DNA of 64,000 nucleotides. It comes from Candidatus Spongiihabitans sp. (GTDB lineage Bacteria; Pseudomonadota; Gammaproteobacteria; Arenicellales; Poriferihabitantaceae). The notes below the pieces were generated by a model that did no database searches, was not told where the DNA came from, and saw only the letters and a list, made by a program, of their open reading frames with translations. Location: positions 2,435,086 through 2,499,085 of the forward strand of contig OZ250151.1 in the NCBI GenBank assembly GCA_965237725.1, written 5' to 3'. Shown in pieces: positions 52,373-61,348 of the stretch. The translations under genes and the position numbers were made by a program. The stretch's first letter is position 1, and every line of letters starts with the position of its first letter.

Positions 52373-52813
52373 TCACCACTCGCCGATGTTTGGCATAGAC
52401 GACCAGGGCTCTTTGGCTTCCAGTGCATCGCCTTGCTGAAGCAATTCGATTGAAACGCCATCGGGGGAACGAACAAAAGCCATATGCCCGTCTCGCGGCG
52501 GTCGATTGATGGTGATGCCTGCATCCATTAATTTCTCGCAGGTAGCGTAAACATCTTCCACTCGAAATGCCAGATGACCAAAGTTTCTGCCCCTGGAATA
52601 TTCTTCTGTGTCCCAGTTATAGGTAAGCTCCAGCATGGGTGAGTTTTCACTTTTGGCACGATCGAAGTCATCGGTTGCGGCCAACATGACCAGTGTAAAT
52701 CTTCCCTCTTCATAGTCCCATCGATCGACCTGAGCCATGCCGAGACAATTACAATAAAAATCCAGCGCAGCATCCAGGTCTTTGACCCGGACCATGGTGT
52801 GTAAATATTTCAT
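52373..52813 (-). CDS. gloA: Lactoylglutathione lyase (glyoxalase I)
   Basis: 146 aa. [17 protein letters not shown] and GHLAFRVED motifs; VOC fold. Confidence 0.9.
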   Translation of the reverse strand: MKYLHTMVRVKDLDAALDFYCNCLGMAQVDRWDYEEGRFTLVMLAATDDFDRAKSENSPMLELTYNWDTEEYSRGRNFGHLAFRVEDVYATCEKLMDAGITINRPPRDGHMAFVRSPDGVSIELLQQGDALEAKEPWSSMPNIGEW

Positions 52814-52838
52814 TTCGTCTCTCTATACAAATTTATCT

Positions 52839-53045
52839 CTAGTAATGGGGTGGTTTCTCAAAATTTGAAAAACTGTTACCGCCAGATTCTGTAAACTGGA
52901 TTATTCTCGATTCAAGTAGCTGAATTTTCTTTTCCATGGCCGCCGTCTTTTCCATCTGGATAATCAGTTGTTCGCTCAGGTTCTCAATGGCCCGTTGCTG
53001 ATCCATAAGCAACATTTGCAATTCGGTTAATTCCTGCTTAGCCAT
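52839..53045 (-). CDS. slyX: SlyX-family coiled-coil protein
   Basis: 68 aa. LTELQMLLMDQQRAIENLSEQL heptad pattern typical of SlyX. Confidence 0.75.
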   Translation of the reverse strand: MAKQELTELQMLLMDQQRAIENLSEQLIIQMEKTAAMEKKIQLLESRIIQFTESGGNSFSNFEKPPHY

Positions 53046-53066
53046 GTTTCAATAATTTTCTCCTGA

Positions 53067-54041
53067 TCAACTTGCAGTAAAAGATGATTCGAAAAAATTA
53101 AACCAGTTTTTACCCATCACTTTTTCGATATCCGCTTCGGAAAATCCCGCCTTCTCAAGTCCTAATACGAGATTGCTGTAGTGGGTGGAGTCGCTAAACC
53201 AATCCGGTTGTTTCGGCCAGCCGGCATTGGAAGCCGTGCCTTCACCAAAATCGGCGACCTTGCTCCATCGACCATTTCGCATCCAGGTCACCACGGCGTC
53301 TTCCTGATCCTGGCATAAATCCGAACCAATGCCGATATGATCAATTCCCATCATCTCTGCTGCTTCCCCGATCATCGCGCAAAACTGCTCCACGGTACAG
53401 TCCGGCCCATTTTTAAGATGAAATGGATACAGACTAAATCCAAGCATGCCGCCGCTCTCGCCAAGGGCTTTCATCACTGCATCTGATTTATTTCGCAATG
53501 CCGGCTCGAAAAACGTTGGGTTGGCATGAGTAATGGCAATGGGTCGTTGGGACAATTCGATGGCTTCCAGGGTGGAACGCTCGGCACTATGGGACATGTC
53601 AATCACCATACCAACCCGATTCATTTCCTGGATTATCTGTTTACCAAATCGAGTAATGCCGGGGTCGTTTTCTTCATAACAGCCCGTGGCCAGCAAGCTT
53701 TGATTGTTATAACTCAACTGCATGAAGCGCACCCCAAGGGCGTGAAAAATCTCTACCAGTGAATAATCATCTTCGATGGGAGAGCAGTTTTGAAAGCCAA
53801 AAACCACGCCGGTTTTCTTATCCTTTTTCGCCTGCAGTACCTCTTCAGCAGATCCAACTTTGGTTATCAAATCACCATACTGCTCAAATAACTGATTCCA
53901 TTTACCGATGTTGCGTAAGGTCTCCAAACAGGTTTCATGATACGCGATGGTGACATGAACACAATCCAGGTCGCCCTGTCGCATCTGTTCGAAAATTTTT
54001 CGACTCCAGTTGGAATATTGTAAACCGTCTATGGTAATCAT
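53067..54041 (-). CDS. Peptidase M19 (renal/membrane dipeptidase) family protein
   Basis: 324 aa. IDGLQYSNW N-terminus, VIDMSH, ITHANP and HIGIGSD metal-ligand blocks of the M19 amidohydrolase fold. Confidence 0.75.
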   Translation of the reverse strand: MITIDGLQYSNWSRKIFEQMRQGDLDCVHVTIAYHETCLETLRNIGKWNQLFEQYGDLITKVGSAEEVLQAKKDKKTGVVFGFQNCSPIEDDYSLVEIFHALGVRFMQLSYNNQSLLATGCYEENDPGITRFGKQIIQEMNRVGMVIDMSHSAERSTLEAIELSQRPIAITHANPTFFEPALRNKSDAVMKALGESGGMLGFSLYPFHLKNGPDCTVEQFCAMIGEAAEMMGIDHIGIGSDLCQDQEDAVVTWMRNGRWSKVADFGEGTASNAGWPKQPDWFSDSTHYSNLVLGLEKAGFSEADIEKVMGKNWFNFFESSFTAS

Positions 54042-55471
54042 GGTTTCAAGTAAGTGGTTTTGACCTGGGTATAAAACTCCGCGGCGTAGGTGCCCTGCTC
54101 TCTTGAGCCAAAACTGGAATTCTTCCGCCCACCAAATGGCACATGGTAATCCGTCCCCGAAGTTGGCAGGTTAACCATCACACACCCGGTTTTGGAATTC
54201 TTTTTGAAATCGGATGCTTTTGACAGCGACTGGGTGATGACGCTTGAAGTCAGACCGAACTCGGTATCATTCCCTAGGGCCAAAGCCTGATCATAGTCGT
54301 CGGCCTTGATCACACAGGTTATGGGACCAAACACTTCGTCCTTGTTAATCTGCATGGCATTGTTGCCATTAATAAATAATGCGGGTTGCATGTAGTGGCC
54401 AGGTGAAGCCAGTTCCAATGCTTCCCCACCGCATACCAGTTCCGCGCCCTCTTTCTTGCCAATGTCCAGATAAGCCAGGTTCTGTTTAAGCTGGGCACCG
54501 TCAACCGCAGGACCAATATTACTTTTTACATCCAGTGCATGGCCAACAACCAGTTTACCCATGGATTCTTGCATGGCTTCCACAAATTGATCATGAATAC
54601 CGGCGGTGACAATTATCCTCGAGGAAGCGGTACACTTTTGACCGGTACTACCGAAGGCGCCATTGACTGCACATGCCACTGCAGTGTCCAGATCAGCATC
54701 ATCGAGAACCACCAGGGGGTTTTTGCTGCCCATTTCCATTTGTACCTTGGTTAAGTTTTGCGCAGCAGCAACCGCTATTCGTTTGCCCGTACCCAGGGAA
54801 CCGGTGAAGGTAATTGCATCGACCTCACTGGAATTAATAATCGCCTCACCTACTTTCTTGCCCGAACCCAGAACCATATTAACCAGTCCGTCGGGCAGGT
54901 CCTGCTCGGCGATGATTTCCATTAATGCCGTACCACTGGCCGGTGTCAGATTTGCCGGCTTCCAGACCACCCCATTACCATAGGCAATGGAAGGCGCAAT
55001 TTTCCAGGCGGGTAAGGCGGTAGGGAAATTCCAAGGAGTAATGATGCCGATAACACCCATGGGTTCACGGGTTACCTGCACTTCGACTCCAGGTCGGACG
55101 GAGTCGCAAATGTCACCCATCTGACGCAGTGTCTCCCCAGCATAATAGGTAAAAAACTGACCGGCACGAAACACCTCTCCTTTACCTTCGGGCAGGGTCT
55201 TGCCTTCTTCGCGACACAACAATTCACCCAGCTCCGCACTGCGATCCATCATCGCAGTTCCGATGGCCATTAACACGTTATAACGTTGCTCGGGCCCGGT
55301 AGTTGCCCATTTTTTTTGCGCCTGGCTGGCGGCAGCAATGGCCTCTTCTACCTGGCTGGTGCTGGCCTGGGCAAAGTCACCAATGGACTCTCTCGTGTCT
55401 GATGGATTAATATTCGCTACGTTTTCTTCCCCGGCTACCCATTGACCATTGATGTAATTTTCGGTTTTCAT
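54038..55471 (-). CDS. NAD(P)-dependent aldehyde dehydrogenase
   Basis: 477 aa. ITPWNFP, FTGSLGTG, MEMGSKNP and GQKCTASSR (catalytic Cys) motifs. 4-bp overlap with the downstream dipeptidase gene. Confidence 0.9.
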   Translation of the reverse strand: MKTENYINGQWVAGEENVANINPSDTRESIGDFAQASTSQVEEAIAAASQAQKKWATTGPEQRYNVLMAIGTAMMDRSAELGELLCREEGKTLPEGKGEVFRAGQFFTYYAGETLRQMGDICDSVRPGVEVQVTREPMGVIGIITPWNFPTALPAWKIAPSIAYGNGVVWKPANLTPASGTALMEIIAEQDLPDGLVNMVLGSGKKVGEAIINSSEVDAITFTGSLGTGKRIAVAAAQNLTKVQMEMGSKNPLVVLDDADLDTAVACAVNGAFGSTGQKCTASSRIIVTAGIHDQFVEAMQESMGKLVVGHALDVKSNIGPAVDGAQLKQNLAYLDIGKKEGAELVCGGEALELASPGHYMQPALFINGNNAMQINKDEVFGPITCVIKADDYDQALALGNDTEFGLTSSVITQSLSKASDFKKNSKTGCVMVNLPTSGTDYHVPFGGRKNSSFGSREQGTYAAEFYTQVKTTYLKP

Positions 55472-55578
55472 TTCAAAGTTTAAATAATGTTAGTATCGTT
55501 AAAAATTAGTTCGGATCATAACTTGAATCAATTTTGGTTACATTATAAACAACACAATTTCCTATTTTCGGAGCCCAT

Positions 55579-56589
55579 ATGAGCGACATCACTCTTAGCC
55601 TAGACCAGGTCCATGAACTGGCCACGGCCACGCTGTTAGCGAATGGTTGCAATCAAGAAAACGCCACTGCGGTTGCAGATACCATAACCCTGGCCGAGCG
55701 CGACCTGTGCCATTCCCACGGTCTGTTTCGTCTCCCCGGCTATGTCGCCGCGCTCAAGAGCGGCAAGGTCAACGGCAAGGCTGAACCGAAAGTTGAGAAA
55801 CTGGCACCTGCTGTTTTACGGGTTGACGGTGACGACGGTTATGCACCCCTGGCATTAAAAGCTGCCCGGGATCCATTGGCACAATGCGCCAGTGAAAATG
55901 GCATTGCGGCAATGTCCCTGATTAAGGTACATCACTTTGCAGCATTGTGGGTTGAAATTGAATCGCTGACCGAAAAGGGATTGTGCGCCATGGCATTTAC
56001 CGCCTATATGCCCTCGGTGGCGCCCGCTGGCGGTATCAAACCTTTTTACGGTACGAATCCAATGGCATTTGGTTGGCCACGCCCAGGGAAACCGCCAATG
56101 GTATTCGACCAGGCTACGGCAACCCAGGCCAGAGGTGAAGTGATGATTGCGGCCCGGGATGGCCATGAATTGCCCCCAGGGGTTGGCATCGATAGTGAGG
56201 GCAATCCAACCACCGATCCCAACGAAGTATTGAAAGGCTGTCTACTTCCTTTTGGTGGACACAAAGGTGCTTCTATTGCCTTGATGATTGAACTGCTGGT
56301 TGGGCCATTAATTGGTGAGCGCGCGAGTTTCGAAGCCGCTGCCGCAGACAACAAGGACGGCGGCCCACCGCGAGGGGGTGAATTGATTATTGCTATTGAT
56401 CCAAAGCGGTTTGGAAACAGTGAAGATCCATTTGCCCATGCTGATCGTTTGTTCAGCGCATTGCTTGAACAGGAAGGCACCCGACTGCCCGGCGAGCGCC
56501 GGGTAAAAAACCGTGCCATCAGCGCCGAGCAAGGTATTTCTATTCCCCAGAGCCTGCATGACAAGATTCAGGAATTGATGGGCTCTTGA
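55579..56589 (+). CDS. Ldh_2-family (malate/L-lactate dehydrogenase type 2) oxidoreductase; family includes imine/pyrroline-2-carboxylate reductases
   Basis: 336 aa. HSHGLFRLPGYV, GTNPMAFGWP and FGGHKGASIALMIELL blocks. Confidence 0.85.
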   Translation: MSDITLSLDQVHELATATLLANGCNQENATAVADTITLAERDLCHSHGLFRLPGYVAALKSGKVNGKAEPKVEKLAPAVLRVDGDDGYAPLALKAARDPLAQCASENGIAAMSLIKVHHFAALWVEIESLTEKGLCAMAFTAYMPSVAPAGGIKPFYGTNPMAFGWPRPGKPPMVFDQATATQARGEVMIAARDGHELPPGVGIDSEGNPTTDPNEVLKGCLLPFGGHKGASIALMIELLVGPLIGERASFEAAAADNKDGGPPRGGELIIAIDPKRFGNSEDPFAHADRLFSALLEQEGTRLPGERRVKNRAISAEQGISIPQSLHDKIQELMGS

Positions 56590-56594
56590 TAAAC

Positions 56595-56615
56595 TAGGGA
56601 ACCTCTGATTAAGAC
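56595..56615. repeat. Solo MITE terminal inverted repeat (TA-GGGAACCTCTGATTAAGAC)
   Basis: Matches the MITE-1/-2/-3 termini and has the flanking TA. I found no partner TIR within about 300 bp. Confidence 0.4.
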
Positions 56616-56645
56616 TTTGTTTCTACCCCTTCGCTGAAGTATTCC

Positions 56646-57551
56646 ATGGCAATAAGTACCCAAGGCTGGGCCAAGCTTGCCAGCATATTCGCCGGACTGG
56701 TATTCGGCATCTACTGGATCCCCCTGCGCGCCATGGACCAGTCCGGGTTTGCCGGCATCTGGGCAGTGGCCCTGTTTAGCCTGGCCGCATTTTTGGTTGT
56801 TCTTCCAATAGCCATTTTTAGATTTAGACAACTGGTTCCCGGCCGCTGGCGTTTACATATTAACTGCGCACTCACTGGATTAGCATTTGTGATGTATGCC
56901 GGTGCATTCGTTTATACCGAAGTCATCCGAGTCATCGTTCTGTTTTACCTGACCCCTATTTGGGGTTTTTTAATTGCCCGGGTTGTGACTGGTGAGAAAA
57001 TAACCGGGATTCGCTGGGTGTCCATGGCCTTAGGACTACTTGGCCTGGTAGCGATTTGTGGCGTTGAAAACGGTTTTCCCATGCCCGCAAACATCGGCGA
57101 CTGGATGGCGCTGGGTGGCGGTATATTATGGGCGGCGACATCAATGTCCATTCTTACCGATCGTCAGGATTCGATCAATTACGCAATTTCGTTTTTGTTC
57201 TGGTCCACCGTGATTGCCATGGGCGCCGCCGCCATCGCCACCCATCAGGGTGCTCTGGCTGCACCCCATTGGCCACAAATTGAATCTATATGGCCATGGC
57301 TCGTTCCATTTGCGATATTCATCATTGTGCCCGGCGCTTATGCAACCTTGTATGGTCCGTCCCAACTGAACCCTGGGGTAGTGGGTTTGTTATTTATGAT
57401 TGAAATCAGCGTCGGCACAACTACCGCGGCGCTATTTGCCGGGGAGCCTTTTGGGACCAAAGAAATTACCGGTGTGGTGCTGATTACCCTAGCGGGTATC
57501 GCAGAAACCCTTTATCAATGGCTGTGTAAGAAACAGCCCATGACAACTTAG
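56646..57551 (+). CDS. DMT-superfamily (EamA-like) transporter
   Basis: 301 aa, about 10 TM helices in two repeats. Motif-poor call based on architecture. Confidence 0.7.
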   Translation: MAISTQGWAKLASIFAGLVFGIYWIPLRAMDQSGFAGIWAVALFSLAAFLVVLPIAIFRFRQLVPGRWRLHINCALTGLAFVMYAGAFVYTEVIRVIVLFYLTPIWGFLIARVVTGEKITGIRWVSMALGLLGLVAICGVENGFPMPANIGDWMALGGGILWAATSMSILTDRQDSINYAISFLFWSTVIAMGAAAIATHQGALAAPHWPQIESIWPWLVPFAIFIIVPGAYATLYGPSQLNPGVVGLLFMIEISVGTTTAALFAGEPFGTKEITGVVLITLAGIAETLYQWLCKKQPMTT

Positions 57552-57557
57552 TGCGAC

Positions 57558-58217
57558 CTAGACCCCTAGAACAATATCAAATCGACCGAGAAACTCATTG
57601 CCATTAATGGTTTCCACTTCCGTGGTTACGGCGGATTTTTGCACAGAGTTCAGTCGTCGGTATAGACCATCCCACTGATTTAACGGCTCATCCGCAATAT
57701 ACATCTGAGTAATTAATGGACGAGCGAGTAGCGGCGTATCAATTTTGTAGTGAATATGGGGCGCACGCCCGGTATATGGCACGGGTAGAATAGTTCGAAA
57801 ATAATACTCGCCACCCGCTTCGCTGGCTGTTCTGCCGAATCCCTGAAAATAGCGATCTCTTTTGCTGCCTTGGTCCCGATCAAAACGATGAATATACCTG
57901 CCATTAACATCGCACTGCCAGATTTCAATAGACGCATCAGCAATGGGTACACCGAGTTGGGTCTGTATCACACCCAGTAAATGCAGGATTTGGCCGCCCG
58001 CTTTTTTGGTTTCGGTATCCAGCTTTACCAGATCATGGTCGATGTCACTGAACCGGTCTGACTCTGGCGGATAAAACGGGCCTTCGCTTTGTGCCGGAGT
58101 CGGGGTTAAATCCAGTTGGGCCATGCCGGGTAGCGCCGCAAGTCCTGCGCCAACCCCGACCAGGGTTTGAATCAATGATCGTCGCGTCCAGTATGAAACT
58201 GTGTCATTACATTTCAT
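57558..58217 (-). CDS. Tat-exported intradiol ring-cleavage dioxygenase-family protein
   Basis: 219 aa. Twin-arginine signal WTRRSLIQTLVGVGAGLAALPGMAQ and YTGRAPHIHYKI (the intradiol dioxygenase R.AHIH motif). Confidence 0.75.
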   Translation of the reverse strand: MKCNDTVSYWTRRSLIQTLVGVGAGLAALPGMAQLDLTPTPAQSEGPFYPPESDRFSDIDHDLVKLDTETKKAGGQILHLLGVIQTQLGVPIADASIEIWQCDVNGRYIHRFDRDQGSKRDRYFQGFGRTASEAGGEYYFRTILPVPYTGRAPHIHYKIDTPLLARPLITQMYIADEPLNQWDGLYRRLNSVQKSAVTTEVETINGNEFLGRFDIVLGV

Positions 58218-58306
58218 TTGCGACTTTTCATTTTCCAGGGGATTTATCTTTTCAGGATAATTCTTTGGCCGCGAATTCGACTATAAGTTCACTGGTTTTG
58301 TATTCA

Positions 58307-59251
58307 CTAGCCGGGGTCGCGTTTTAACGCCTGACACATGCAATGCACCCCGCCGCCGCCAGGTGTGATCATAGACATATCCGGATCAAAAACTTCAATG
58401 CCGTGAGCTCGAACTTTTTCCTTGAGCACCACACTTTTTTCCGGCATCAGGATTCGATCATTTCCCAGGGCCACCACATTGCACCCCAGATCCAGAGTAT
58501 CCTGAAATGGCACAGAAATGATTTCGATGTTTTTGGATTCAAGCCATTTGACCACTTCGGGGTCGGTGGACTCGAGACATACCGCCGCCAGTTTTGGGGC
58601 CAGCATCACCACCATCAGATCGATATGCACATAAAATGGATCGATGTCGGTTAATTTGACTTCCCAGCCTTCAGCTTCAAACCAGTTTTTGAGTTGCAGC
58701 GCAGCGCCTTCCTGGCTGCGACCTTCATCACCCTCCCAGCCGATTAACACCGTGCCGGGTTCCACCACATTGAAATCACCACCTTCAAAATGACCCGCGG
58801 TGACATAATCATAAATTGGTATTCCTAGTCGATGGTAAGTTTCGATAGCGCGAAAGTTTTCCCCGCGCCGCCACCAGTTGGCCATGTTGGTAATAATCGC
58901 ACCATAGGGTGTCATCACCGATGAGTCCCGGGCGAACACCTGATAGGGCAATACCGGATCGGCTTCGTGTAAATGCACATTAACGTCGGCGGATTCGTAA
59001 GCGGCTATCATTTCCGCGTGTTGCTTTTTCGCCACCCTGGTATCAAATTTCAGCCCCCGCCTGATGCTTTTTTTGGACACCGAACTGGTCTCCAGCCATT
59101 GATAGTGATCGGCGGGGCCCAACAACACATCCCGCAATACGCCATAGTCACAATCCGCTCCCCAACTTGAAAGTTCAGGGGTGCCGCCGCCCTGCTTACG
59201 GCAGCGAATGGAAAAACTGCTAGTGACGTCTGTTTTAAGTTCGATATTCAT
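58307..59251 (-). CDS. Guanidino-group-modifying enzyme superfamily protein (amidinotransferase / arginine deiminase / DDAH-like)
   Basis: 314 aa. FARDSS, FEGGDF, VHIDL and a C-terminal GGGGVHCMCQ (catalytic Cys context). Confidence 0.7.
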   Translation of the reverse strand: MNIELKTDVTSSFSIRCRKQGGGTPELSSWGADCDYGVLRDVLLGPADHYQWLETSSVSKKSIRRGLKFDTRVAKKQHAEMIAAYESADVNVHLHEADPVLPYQVFARDSSVMTPYGAIITNMANWWRRGENFRAIETYHRLGIPIYDYVTAGHFEGGDFNVVEPGTVLIGWEGDEGRSQEGAALQLKNWFEAEGWEVKLTDIDPFYVHIDLMVVMLAPKLAAVCLESTDPEVVKWLESKNIEIISVPFQDTLDLGCNVVALGNDRILMPEKSVVLKEKVRAHGIEVFDPDMSMITPGGGGVHCMCQALKRDPG

Positions 59252-59404
59252 ATCTGTGCTCGCTGTATATTATTGGATCTGTAAATTGGAATTCTGAGTT
59301 CAATAGCCCCATGTTAAACAACATATCTCCCCTGAGCAAATGCTAATTAATGCTGAACTGGTACAAAAATTGCCGAATTAGTCTGTTCCAATTAATTTGT
59401 CCAA

Positions 59405-59797
59405 CTAATCGGTTATGCGTAATTGCGCCATGCAGGTAATCTCAACCTTGCTGCCACCAAACAGTTTTGGTGATTCCGTAGTTGTTCTTGCCGGGAATTT
59501 CTCCGGCTCAAAATGCTGTTTATAAGCCAGGTCCATGGCAGAAAAATCGTCCAGATCTGTCAGATGTACGTCTACGCGCACGATGTCATTCATATCCAGT
59601 TCGATTTCTCCGAGAATGCGTTCAATGACATTGAGCACAGCATGAGTTTCTTTCTCCACATCACCCAGCACATTTTGCCCCTCAGGGAAGTCCGCAGCTA
59701 CCAAACCCGCCAGATGTGCATAATGATGGTCGATACTAACCTGGCTGAACGGGGCATCAGATTCGGGGACGGCTTTGGGCTGAAAGTGGCGTATCAT
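59405..59797 (-). CDS. RidA/YjgF-family reactive-intermediate deaminase
   Basis: 130 aa. RidA-family length and a C-terminal PARTTTESPKLFGGSKVEITCMA block. Confidence 0.88.
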   Translation of the reverse strand: MIRHFQPKAVPESDAPFSQVSIDHHYAHLAGLVAADFPEGQNVLGDVEKETHAVLNVIERILGEIELDMNDIVRVDVHLTDLDDFSAMDLAYKQHFEPEKFPARTTTESPKLFGGSKVEITCMAQLRITD

Positions 59798-59810
59798 TGC
59801 GCTTTTATTT

Positions 59811-59999
59811 TAGGAACCTCTGAACAAGTCTGGGCGAATCAAGTTTAGAGCAAAAATGATCAAGATCAAGGCAAAAATTCGTAGCAATAGCACGGCCCAT
59901 ACAATCACTTGGGCGAGAATTTTTAACGAAGATATTGCCACGCCATATATTGGGGTTGGGCTCAAGTTGATCGGTCATGACTTGTTCAGAGGTTCCTTA
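59811..59999. mobile_element. MITE-3: TA-flanked element with 18-bp perfect TIRs GGAACCTCTGAACAAGTC
   Basis: TA-GGAACCTCTGAACAAGTC ... GACTTGTTCAGAGGTTCC-T-TA. Homologous over most of its length to the reverse complement of MITE-2. It starts 13 bp upstream of the RidA start codon. Confidence 0.7.
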
Positions 60000-60073
60000 G
60001 CCACACAGTCCGGCGCAACTAATAGCCCCAATCCATCAACCCAAGATATTCTAATTTCCCCGCAATCTCTATT

Positions 60074-61345
60074 GTGAACACCAATTCACCATCCACCGAA
60101 GTCACCCGCCGAAGTGCCATCGTGGCATTTTCCCTGGGTGCAATTTTTTTCGGCTATGCCTTCATGCAGCGGGTTGCGCCGAGCATCATGACTAATGAAC
60201 TGATGCGCGACTTTGCTGTGGGCGGCGCTGCTTTGGGCTCTTTATCGGCGTTTTATTTTTATGCCTATGCCTCAATCCAGCTGCCTGTGGGCATGCTCAC
60301 CGATCGATACGGCCCGCGTAAACTGATCAGCTTTGCCGCCGCGGTTTGTGCCCTGGCCTCCATTGGATTCGCAATCAGCGATTCCCTTTTAGTTGCCTCA
60401 TTGTGTCGGGCGTTGATTGGCGCTTCCGTGGCATTTGGTTTTGTTGGCGCCCTTGCCATCGCCGGTTACTGGTTCAAGGCTTCACAATACGCCATGCTGG
60501 CTGGCATCGTTCAGGCTGCGGGTATGAGCGGCGGAATTTTTGGACAGGCTCCTTTGCGTTATGTAGTTGAATCTTTTGGATGGCGCGGCATGATGATGCT
60601 GCTCGCGGGCATTGCGCTGTTGCTTTCTGTGCTAATTTATATGCTGGTACCAAAAAGATCGGGGGAGCAAAAACAAACTGAATATACCGTTGGCTTACTC
60701 CATGGACTTAAAGCGGTTTCGTCCAATATCCAGACCTGGTTGTGTGCCCTGATCGGTTTTGGCATGGCGGCAATTATGCTGGGCTTTGGCGCATTATGGG
60801 CGGTGCCCTGGTTAAATTCCGTCCACGGTTATTCCACGCCCCAGGCAGCCGGTATCGCTTCAACATTATTCATCGGCTGGGCCTGTTTTTCCCCACTGGT
60901 TGGATGGGCATCAGACCGCATCGGTCGACGTAACCCAATCATGATATCTGGTTGCCTGCTATGCTTGTTTGCTTTTACAACAACCATTTTCTTCACCCCG
61001 AGCAACACAGCGCTGCTAGTAGCGCTGATATTTTTAACCGGAATGGGGGGTTGCACCATGACCATCGCATTTAGTTGCGTCAAGGAACACAACACCCTGA
61101 CCTTCAGCAGCACCGCCCTGGGTCTGATGAACATGTTTGTGGTCGGCGCCGGCGCTGTCATGCAACCCCTTATCGGCTGGTTGCTGGACATCAACTGGTC
61201 TGGGGAAATTTACAATGGTGCACGGATTTATTCCGAGCACGCCTATACCGTGGCATTTTCCAGTTTACTGGTTGTTACCGCAGCCGCCTTCGTGGGGACA
61301 TTGCTGCTTCGGGAAACGTGGTGCAAGCAAGTTGAACAAGCTTGA
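60074..61345 (+). CDS. MFS transporter
   Basis: 423 aa, GTG start, 12 TM helices. The MFS loop 2-3 motif GMLTDRYGPRK. Confidence 0.85.
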   Translation: MNTNSPSTEVTRRSAIVAFSLGAIFFGYAFMQRVAPSIMTNELMRDFAVGGAALGSLSAFYFYAYASIQLPVGMLTDRYGPRKLISFAAAVCALASIGFAISDSLLVASLCRALIGASVAFGFVGALAIAGYWFKASQYAMLAGIVQAAGMSGGIFGQAPLRYVVESFGWRGMMMLLAGIALLLSVLIYMLVPKRSGEQKQTEYTVGLLHGLKAVSSNIQTWLCALIGFGMAAIMLGFGALWAVPWLNSVHGYSTPQAAGIASTLFIGWACFSPLVGWASDRIGRRNPIMISGCLLCLFAFTTTIFFTPSNTALLVALIFLTGMGGCTMTIAFSCVKEHNTLTFSSTALGLMNMFVVGAGAVMQPLIGWLLDINWSGEIYNGARIYSEHAYTVAFSSLLVVTAAAFVGTLLLRETWCKQVEQA

Positions 61346-61348
61346 ATG

